Shown here piece after piece: positions 11,021-20,065 of a stretch of 64,000 nucleotides of DNA (position 1 is its first letter; the number at the start of each line of letters is the position of its first letter). The translations under genes were made by a program, and so were the position numbers. Below the pieces are notes generated by a model. It was not told the DNA's origin. It saw only the letters and a list, made by a program, of their open reading frames with translations, and made no database searches. Location: assembly GCA_000004985.1 (NCBI GenBank), contig GG738858.1; one strand, 5' to 3'. The stretch is from Naegleria gruberi. Lineage: Eukaryota.

Positions 11021-12664
11021 GATTCAAAATTTTAAAGTTCATTCCGAAGAAGACTTTTTCGATAATGGAGAGGAAGAGGTTCTAAATTTCTACAAGATGA
11101 GGTTTGTTGATCATTATTTTGATGACAATTATAACCTTTAAAGCCGAAAATTAAAACAAGATACTCACAACATTTATGCTAGACTGCAATCAATTAAAGA
11201 AGATTCTAATTTTGTTTCCTACGTTTTTAAGTAAGCATTCAATTAATCTTTTTGTTCATAATTTCAAAGAATTTATTCACTAGTACCAAAATTTGCAAAT
11301 TTGAGATGTGGATTGTGGTATCATCATAGTTTTGATTCAACTTGTTATTTTAAATCTACTGATGGACACAGTTATCATTGGCAATTTTCATTGAATAGAT
11401 TGAATCTACATGTTTTAAAAACTGCCCTTAAGAAGGAATGTTTAATGATTGTTGACTCAACAAGAAAGGGAAAATTATTTCCTGATAGTTTTTCAAAAAC
11501 AATTCCAATATGGTGCTGTGTTATGAATAAGGTATTGAGTTATTTAAAATTTGGAGAAAAAAAATCAAATCTTAAACTTCCAACATGGGTTCATGATACA
11601 GAGAAAATTCAAATTGAAGAAAGGTTAGAGAGCTGGGTTGATTTTGTTTTAAATAGTGGTCTAGATTTGAAAGAATTTATTGAAATGTATACTAAACCTC
11701 TCCAATGTGTTTGGATAAGCAGAAGAACAGAATTGGAAAATACCTCCAAGTTTTCTCTCGAAGGGTTAGATTTTATTCCTATTATTTTAGTGAGTGCAAG
11801 TGATCCAGATCATCCAATCAAAACAACTAGTTGGGTTTATATTCAAGGTGAGTTTTATAATATTTAATTATTGATTTTCCCAATTAGGTGCCGGAGATGA
11901 TCATGGTATGTTTTACACTCTTAACTGTTTTAGTATAACTATTTTACAGAGTCTTGGGCTATGGGGCTAACACCACAATTATTTTGGAATAACCACTCTG
12001 TAATACTCTCTCAAAATGTGCACAATGGAGATGAATGTAAACAAGTTATCAACAAAATACTAGAAAATGAAAGGAAAACATCATCAATATCTGATTCTCA
12101 ACATTTACATGATTCCTGCGCCATATCAAGTCTTCATATCGACACAACAGAAAATTCAAATAATCTACTAGCTGTTAAAATTGGAAATTCTAATCTTTTA
12201 ATTGGAAATTATTCTAATTGTGAGTACTTACCATTATTTTAATTTAACAATGGCTGCATCTATTAGTTTCCTCATTCCAAAGTCTTAATAGGCATTTTGA
12301 AACGAATTTAAACCAATCTGTATTTATTTGCTGTTGTGATACAGATATTGAACTCTCACGTGGAAAATGTGTTTTCCTTATTGATAGTAAGAAGCACAAG
12401 AGGGGTTTGGAAGAAGTTTTAGGTGAAATTCTATATTTTATAGAACAAGAATTGGAAAAGGAAATGAATGTGTATGTACTTGGAAGGACTGGAAAGAATG
12501 AAGAAATTGTTGTTGGATTGGCAGCGATGTGCTCTCTTTTCGATTCAGACAGTAAGTATTCCATTTTCAAATATTTGATTAGTTTTATTTCTGAAAAGAT
12601 AATTTCGAAAAAAACAAACAAAATAGAGATTACACAAGGCAACATTTATGTGATAAACAAATGA
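11021..12664 (+). CDS. Initiator-tRNA A64 2'-O-ribosylphosphate transferase (Rit1-like), multi-exon
   Basis: Exons joined by 42- and 39-nt GT-AG introns give MIQNF...NFYKM-SRKLKQDTHNIYARLQSIKEDSNFVSYVFK-IYSLVPKFANLRCGLWY; later exons carry GAGDDHG and WAMGLTPQLFW motifs; the 3' exon structure is approximate. Confidence 0.6.
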
Positions 12665-12778
12665 TAAGAAAGAAATTAATGTACATACAATCATTTATTA
12701 ATGATGCATCTCCTTCCAGGAGCATGATGAAATCCCTCAACAGACATTTACTCTCTTAATAAAAACCATTCAAAAAAA

Positions 12779-13349
12779 ATGAGTGAAAACAAACTTGTGC
12801 TGCCATCCATTTCTGGTATGCAAATAGAGTCACGTACTGAAAAATCTTTCCCAACGGATTTTTCATCCAAAGTTAATGTTTGTATTTTCGGATTTTCAAA
12901 AGAGCAAAAGGAACCTTCCAAGACATGGCAAAAAATATTTGCTGATTTAAAACGTGATGGGGATTGGAAAGAGAAGGATATTGACTTTAATGTATTTCCT
13001 TTGTTAGTACGTTTTGAAATTTTTAGTAATTAATTATTCTTCTTTTAGCCTGAAATGTATTGGTTATTGGCAAGGTAAATTTACATTTTTATTATTTATT
13101 TGACTTTAGAATAGAGGAATTTTTGAAGCTGTAAGATATGGGACTGTGGATCAAATTATTAGAGAAAGAACCTATTTGATTCACACAGACCAAGTTAAAT
13201 TTAGACAAAGTTTACAAGTAGATTCAGATGAAAAAATCCTCATAGCTGCATTCCAAAAAGATGGAACTTTACTTTACAAATCAACTGAAGGTTCTTATGA
13301 AGCAAGCAGAGGAGAGGAAGTGATTGGAAAATTTAATGAATTATTATAA
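12779..13349 (+). CDS. Hypothetical small protein (3 exons)
   Basis: Exons joined across 42-nt and ~40-nt introns: ...NVFPLL-PEMYWLLAR-GIFEAVRYGTVDQIIRERTY...GKFNELL; no family recognised. Confidence 0.4.
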
Positions 13350-13376
13350 ATTATATTTTAATATTATTATTACTAT

Positions 13377-14186
13377 CTACACATAAAGCTCTGTACAGGC
13401 TTCCAAGAATTGATCAAAAGTAAAAGTAGCTTGTCCGTTTCTGTAAAAGTCTTTTGGTTGGAAAATATTTCTGACAATACCAACATAAACACAAAGTTCA
13501 ATGTATCCATCAAAATTTAAAGATCCCTTTTTTTGTGTATCAACAGTTTGGAATATCTTTTGCAACACAATTGGTGAAATTCTGTAGCCTGACTGAGCAA
13601 GTGCTCGTGAGATTTCATCAAAAGATAAACTTCCAGACTTGTCAGTATCTACAAACTCAAATCCTTGCTTCATTTGAAGTAAATATTGATGTAATTGCAT
13701 AAATTCCTCAAAATCAATTTCAGCATTATTATTCCTGTCAAACATTTTAATTAATCTTTTTGCACCTGTCAAAATTCTTGTACCTCATTCAATTAATAAA
13801 GACTTACATCTTTCACTGAAGACTTTTCCTGTAAATTCAGATCCTGGTTGAGTGAGTGCTTTTTGAAGCTCTATCCAAGTAATTTTTCCAGATCTATCCA
13901 AATCAACAGCATCAAAAAACGGTCTAAGTGGGTGAGATTGCATTTGTGGTTGATAAATACCATATTGTGATTGTTGATGGTTTCCGTATTGTTGTGGTTG
14001 CTGTTGATAACCTCCTACTTGTGGTTGCTGTGGTGGTTGATTGTAACCTCCTACTTGTGGTTGTTGATAACCACCATATTGTGGTGGAGGTTGTTGGTAA
14101 CCGCCATATTGTGGAGGTTGTTGATAGCCTCCTGTCTGTTGATAACCTTGAGGTGTGCCTTGTGGAGCTCTAAAGCTTTGATTCAT
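13377..14186 (-). CDS. Penta-EF-hand (ALG-2/peflin-like) calcium-binding protein
   Basis: N-terminal GGYQQPPQY repeats followed by EF-hands (DLDRSGKITWIELQ, DTDKSGSLSFDEI); 2 exons with a 43-nt intron near 13773-13815. Confidence 0.8.
13960..14165 (-). repeat. In-frame coding tandem repeat (GGYQQPPQ units) inside the PEF gene
   Basis: Direct repeats of ggttgctgttgataacctcctacttgtggtt-like units visible in the DNA. Confidence 0.6.
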
Positions 14187-14283
14187 TTTTTTTTATTTTA
14201 AATTAGAAGAAATTAGAAGGTTTATTCCTTACGTATTAAAATGCATTTTAATAAATTTACTTGATAGGAATGTTATTAATAAA

Positions 14284-14887
14284 TTATTTACTCCACCATT
14301 CACTTGCACTTCCTTTATAACAATAAACATTTTCAATGCCTAATTCAGAAAGGGTTTGAGCAGCCATTTGTGCCCTTCCTCCTAATTTGCAATAGACAAT
14401 AATCTTCTTAGAGATTGTTTCATCATCTCCAAAGATAGATTTTTTAGCTTTGGATGAAATAAAAGCATGTGAAACACCACCATAACCACTAGATGCAAGA
14501 GTAGAATCAGAGTGAACATTAGGTTTTTCAAATCCTTTACATTTTCAGTTGCTAATCAATTATTCACAACTTACCATATGTTTGTTTAAATTGCTTATTA
14601 TCCAAGGTCAAAAAAGCAGGTCCTAAATCACCTACAGGTATGTTGTAAGCTGATGAATGAATTGGAGGAAGTTCAGATGAATTAAATTCTGATGGTTCTC
14701 TCACATCAATTAAAATAAAATCTTCTACCGGAGTCTTTTCCTTGATTAGTTGTTCAACTTGTTGCTTTGTAATAAAACTGAATTGCATATTAATAGAGGA
14801 TGTATTAAATCTCCTAATGGTTCCAGTATTTATGATCAACGATTTGGAATTTATTTTAAGAATTGGTGTGGTTAAGTGTTTGAACAT
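14284..14887 (-). CDS. Single-domain rhodanese/sulfurtransferase, probably mitochondrial
   Basis: 2 exons with a 40-nt intron; active-site loop YCKLGGRA (CxxGxR); N-terminal presequence-like MFKHLTTPILKINSKS...RRF. Confidence 0.7.
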
Positions 14888-14957
14888 TTTTTTGTATTAA
14901 AAGGTACTTTAACAATAGAGAATCATCAAGCACTTATTTGTGAACGATTCTTTGTCT

Positions 14958-15677
14958 TCAACAACTCTTGAAAAACTTTACAATAAATAAATATTCACCT
15001 TGAACCCATTTCTTTAAAACAATCTTACTTGCGAAACCTCCATTCTCTTCAAGACTAAGCAATTTCATAACCTCTTGAGGTCTATTATCTTCAATAAGAA
15101 CGAAATAAAAAACACCATCTCTTGACAAAATGTCCTTAATCATTGGAATGAATTTATCAATAACTTCTCTGCCATCAATACCACCTGCATAGGCTGCTCT
15201 GACGTCATTATGTCCCATTTCGTATTGTTCGGATGGAACATATGGTGGATTAAATATAAGTAAATCTATTTTGTTCTTCATTCTTTGTTTAAATGCTGAA
15301 TGAAAATCGGTAAGGACAACATCACAACAAATTGGGACTTGTTGTGGTGTTATCTTATTATTTTCCAATGTTTTTCTTGTCATCAAAGCAGCATTTGGAT
15401 TAATATCGGAGCAAAGTAATAAAAATGAATAAGATGCATTCATTAATTGATGATTATTGTTTAATAATTTATAAAGAAATGTTGTAACATATCCACTTCC
15501 GCTTCCTATTTCAAGACAACATTTTAATCCACATTTCGAATTGAGTAAATGATTTACAATATAATCTTTTTCCAAAGCATCCACTAACAAATAAGTATCA
15601 TCATTAAATTCATAAACAAGTTTGAAATCGGAAGTTTTCATGTGGCCCATATTGGGGTCGTTGATACTTTTTGGCAT
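14958..15677 (-). CDS. HemK/N6AMT1-family protein methyltransferase (Mtq2-like)
   Basis: FNPPYVP motif and SAM-binding LEIGSGSG; ORF-table start 15734 is GTG, first ATG at 15677. Confidence 0.75.
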   Translation of the reverse strand: MPKSINDPNMGHMKTSDFKLVYEFNDDTYLLVDALEKDYIVNHLLNSKCGLKCCLEIGSGSGYVTTFLYKLLNNNHQLMNASYSFLLLCSDINPNAALMTRKTLENNKITPQQVPICCDVVLTDFHSAFKQRMKNKIDLLIFNPPYVPSEQYEMGHNDVRAAYAGGIDGREVIDKFIPMIKDILSRDGVFYFVLIEDNRPQEVMKLLSLEENGGFASKIVLKKWVQGEYLFIVKFFKSC

Positions 15678-15708
15678 TTTTATTAATAATAATTGCAAAT
15701 ATTGTAAA

Positions 15709-16681
15709 TTATCCACAACACCCTTTCTTCCCACTTGTAGGAGAGGTGTTATTTGAAGGATTTTGAAGTTGAGATATTGGTACTAGTCCAACATTACTTG
15801 GTTTAATTTCAGAGTTTTTAGCCTTTCTTTTTTCAAATTCTTCTACAATAGTGTCAAAAATAACATCAATATTCACTCCATCCTTTGAACTTGTTACAAA
15901 ATGTTTGAATACAACTCTATGTGATGACGTGAATTCCTCTACTTGTCTTTCAGATATTACAGATTTTCCAAGATCAGATTTAGTACCAACTAGTATAATG
16001 AAACAATCCTCTGCTGGAGCACTCGTTTCCAATTTATGCACCCATTTAGAAACATTTTGAAAGGTTCCTTCCTCAATCACACTATAACAAACAAGTGCTA
16101 CATTTGTGTGACGGCAGTAGAAAGAGCTATTCCATTTGAATGAATATTTAATGAACGAATACTAACCTCAAAGAATCATATCTTTCCTATTGATGAGTTA
16201 AATGATCAAGAATTTTCAATTAGCGTCAAATCTTACCTGACCAGCTTTGATGATTGATTTAGATGAATTTTAAAGCAATTACTAACCAGTATCCCAAAGT
16301 CCTAATTCTAAATGTTTTCCGTTTTTTGTTGGAATGGCTTTCTTCAAACATGTTAATAAATTCTTTCTCTCAAATACCTACTTTAAAGAATGAAGCGCCA
16401 ATAGTGGATCTTGTATTTCCGAATGTATTATTTAAAAATCTAACCAACTTTTGATCATTGTAGATTTTTACTCGTTGATGACTTACCAAACTGATTTTTC
16501 TTAGAATATTTAAATTATTTAAAAATCATACCTGGTCTACTACAGTGTTATTGTATTTACTATTAATCCCTACCTTTCCTACACCACTGTCACCTGTTTT
16601 ATTGGTTACTCAATCAGGATTTGTTTTAAACGTACCAAGCATGACAACTTTGATGTCCACTCCTTCATTCTTTTTGCTCAT
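15709..16681 (-). CDS. Rab5-family small GTPase, multi-exon with micro-exons
   Basis: Spliced reading MSKKNEGVDIKVVMLG-DSGVGK-T-SL-LVRFLNNTFGNTRSTIGASFFKV...WDTAGQERYDSL...; the C-terminal exon is ORF 15709..16080 ending GCCG; the 5' region has five 37-42-nt GT-AG introns. Confidence 0.7.
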
Positions 16682-16691
16682 TTTTTAAAAA

Positions 16692-17513
16692 ATGTCTAAC
16701 GTTGTCTTTCATTGTTCGATAGTAAAATTGCCAGATGAAACTGTGGTTGAAAACTCCTTTGATATTGATAAACCAATACACGCCCAACTCGGAAATGGGC
16801 AATTAAAGTTTTTAGATATGGAAGAAAAACTTAGTGTGATGAATCCAGGAGAAACATGTGAGATTTTAACATTAGGAGAGGATCTTGTTAAATATAAAAT
16901 TTCCATCAAACTATTACGAAAATATTCGAGTGATGGCAATGCTACGGAATGGGATTATTCAGATGAAGAGAGCTACAATATAGCTCTAAACAAAAAAGAA
17001 GATGGCAACTTATTCTTCTCTCAAAATAAGAATATTTCAGCTTCCAGATGTTATCGAAGCGGAATTAAACATGTGAGAAGGATCTCCAAATTGAAATGGG
17101 ATTTAAATAATAGAAAGGCTAGGGATTTGTTGATCACTCTGTTCAATAATCTACTCACATGTGAGTTAAAACTTAAAAGATACTCGAATGTTGTAAAGTT
17201 TAGTACTGAATGTCTTGATAATATCGGAGAAAATGTTAAAAGTTATTACAAAAGAGGTGAGGCAAATATGAATGATGGAAATTATTCTTTGGCTAATGAA
17301 GATTTCAGAAAAGCTAAAGAGCTGCTACTCACAGTTGATTCAAATGCTGAAATTTCTGTAATCAGTAAGGTTATTACAGGCTCTCCTAAGACTATTGCAG
17401 CAGATATGTACGACAAGATGATCAAACTATTAGATTCGTCAATTCAAAAGTGCACTAAACTGGATCAAGATTACAATCAAAACATGAAAAACATGTTTAA
17501 AAAGATGTTTTAA
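16692..17513 (+). CDS. FKBP-like domain plus TPR protein (AIP/FKBP-type co-chaperone-like)
   Basis: C-terminal TPR segment KKEDGNLFFSQNK...YKRGEANMNDGNYSLANEDFRKAKELL resembles the TPR region of FKBP4/5 and AIP; N-terminal ~110 aa is PPIase-like. Confidence 0.55.
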   Translation: MSNVVFHCSIVKLPDETVVENSFDIDKPIHAQLGNGQLKFLDMEEKLSVMNPGETCEILTLGEDLVKYKISIKLLRKYSSDGNATEWDYSDEESYNIALNKKEDGNLFFSQNKNISASRCYRSGIKHVRRISKLKWDLNNRKARDLLITLFNNLLTCELKLKRYSNVVKFSTECLDNIGENVKSYYKRGEANMNDGNYSLANEDFRKAKELLLTVDSNAEISVISKVITGSPKTIAADMYDKMIKLLDSSIQKCTKLDQDYNQNMKNMFKKMF

Positions 17514-17514
17514 T

Positions 17515-18910
17515 TTAAGGACATTTTTTTGCTAAACATTGAGCAGCACCCATTTCATCAAACTCTGATTTAGAAATCCACATAGATTGAAAAGATCCTA
17601 AACTAGCAAGTATTGATCCACCAATGAATGAAGCATACTTTCTTTCTTGTAGTTGAGCCACTGCTGTTTGCATTGTTGATTGGGTTGAGGAGTTACCCAT
17701 AGATGTGGAAAGTGTGTGAATATTTGCAGATATTTTTGTGTTGAGTGGATGTTTAACTTTAACATTATTTGGCGCCATTCTTATTAATTCGTGTTCATAC
17801 CTTGTTGGTACACCAGGAATTAATGTATTTCCACCAACTAACAAAATATTTGAATATAATTCCTTCCTAAGATCCACGTCACATTTGTTGATAGAATCAC
17901 ATGTCAATTTTGCAAGTCCATATTCATGGTTGAATAAACGTTCACAAATTGAGAATCTTTCAAGACCAATTTCAATATCGTTTCCATCATTTAACTCAAA
18001 GCTCACAAGTGGTGTGTTTCCTGTTTGAACAGCTCCATCCTCTGATGCTCTTAGTAGATTGATCTTCATGTCTCCAACAATTCTGTTGATTGAATAATCA
18101 TTAAAAGATTGTGTTAATCCGTCAATATGGTGTTCTACAATTTTAGTGGATTTGGAGCTTGGTTGTTGAGAGCTTCTTTGCTTAGTAAATTGATGAGGAG
18201 CAAGGATGTCCTTACCTCCCCTCTTTGTTTTAACTAGATTTCTTAGATCTTCGTCCAATACTTTTCCACAAACTTTAGTAGTTTTGATTGTGCTTTGACG
18301 AAGAGCCAAACCGTCATGCACAGATGTGACAGTTGTAGCATTATGACCACTGTCAACAACTAGGGCTGTGTATTTTCCATTTGCAAAACAGCTTAAAACT
18401 GGTTGTTTGGACAAGAAAAAACTTGGAATATTACATTTCTCAAAAACTAGAGATGCTAACTTTTCTCTTCCTGATGAAGAACAAAGAGGATCTTCTGACA
18501 TTAAAAGTGGGTGTTCGTTCGGTTTCACACCTAGTCTTTCGTCATAAATATAATTTAAAGCCTTCTCAAAATAATCAATGTTTTGAACTAAACTTCAATA
18601 AGTCAAATAATAATAAATTATCAACATACTCTCTCCAGTATCTGAATTAAAGATGTTTTGTACTTCCATGCCAGGCCTTGCGAAGGAAATTTCCTTGTTA
18701 CCCACATAATAGCTAGAAATTTTTGATTTATCATCACTGTCAAATACAGTACCAATCACCTAGTAATGTTGGTTAGAAATAGAATCTCGGAAAACTTACT
18801 GATGGGATGATCGCCTTTGGATTTTCTTCTCCTGCAAATCCAGCTTTAATTGTGTGAGTACCGACATCAATAACAACGGCTCCAACCTCGTCTCCACCAA
18901 AAGTGTTCAT
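17515..18910 (-). CDS. Actin-related protein Arp4/ACTL6 (BAF53)-like
   Basis: 3 exons (41- and 43-nt introns): MNTFGGDEVGAVVIDVGTHTIKAGFAG...; actin fold motifs (LVVDSGHN, ILLVGGNT), Arp4-like C-terminus ...LAKKCP. Confidence 0.75.
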
Positions 18911-19036
18911 GATTGTTGTTTGATGATTTAATAATTTACACTATAGTTGATTGTTGCAGAAAATTGAGACGACCCACTAGTGTGTAGTTCTTGGGTGTAT
19001 TTTTTATTTATTTTTATCTTAAAAAATTTAAATCAA

Positions 19037-19837
19037 ATGAGTATGCAGGATGTTGGTGCAATTTTGTACGTTGTTGTCTCTCGGGGAAGTAAGGGTGAGT
19101 AAACAATTAATAAATATTATTAATAATTTTAAATTATAGTTCTTGCAGAGTTTACAAATCCTACTGTAAAATATGGTAACTTTCAAAGAATAACATTAAA
19201 GATTTTGGAAAAGATACCTTTGCAAAACTCAAAGATGACCTATACATATGATAGTTATAATTTTAATTATGAGGTTTCAGATGAAATTGTATTTTTATGT
19301 ATGACTGATGGTACTTTCAGTAAGGCTCAGTCATTTAGATTTATTCAACAAATTAAAGAAGAGTAAGTAAATGAATCAATTTCAAATTAAACCTGTGAAA
19401 ACAGATGGTTCAAGGAGTATGGAGATTCTGGAAAAACTGTAGCCAATAATTATGCCATGAACAAGTCTTTCAAGTCCACTTTAAAATCAAAAATGAATTA
19501 TTTCAACAATGATCCTGAGGCTAACAAGATTCGTAAGATCAAAAATCAAATTCAAGAAATTCAAAATATTATGGTGATGAACATCGATAAAGTGATACAA
19601 AGAGGAGAGAGAATTGATATATTGGTTGGCAAAACGGATGAGCTTGTAGTTCATGCAGCTGAATTCAAAAAGAAAACTCACCAATTGAAAAATGCAATGA
19701 TTTCCAATACTGTGAAAATGGCCATTATTTGTTGCATATTTATTGTAATTCTAATATTAATAATCTTCTTTTATTTCTGTAGTGGAATATCGTGTGTTAC
19801 TGGTGGAGAGAAGGAAAGTAAAAGTGACTCAGAATAA
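19037..19837 (+). CDS. VAMP7-type R-SNARE with N-terminal longin domain
   Basis: 3 exons (introns 19095..19139, 45 nt; 19363..19404, 42 nt); longin segment FTNPTVKYGNFQRITLKILEKIP; SNARE motif with the R residue (KVIQRGERIDILV); C-terminal TM helix. Confidence 0.85.
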
Positions 19838-20065
19838 ATTATACTAAACAGCTTTATTTGAATTATTATTTTGTCCCTTGTAGAAATCGTCTTGTTACCA
19901 AATAGTCACCCCTTTTTGCTCAGTTGGTTATCAAGCTAGAATATTTGAACGGCCGTTTCTTAAATTTTTTTGTAACGTAATTGTCAGTTACATTATTGGT
20001 CGAAAATTATTTTTTTAATAAAATCTTACGAGTTTTGGCTAACGACTTTAATAAATTTAAAAAAA

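Noticed and set aside
19895-19945. tRNA-like D-arm sequence gctcagttggttatcaagc downstream of the VAMP7 gene
   Set aside because: No matching acceptor stem, anticodon arm or GTTCGA T-loop follows. It is an isolated fragment or a chance match, not a tRNA gene
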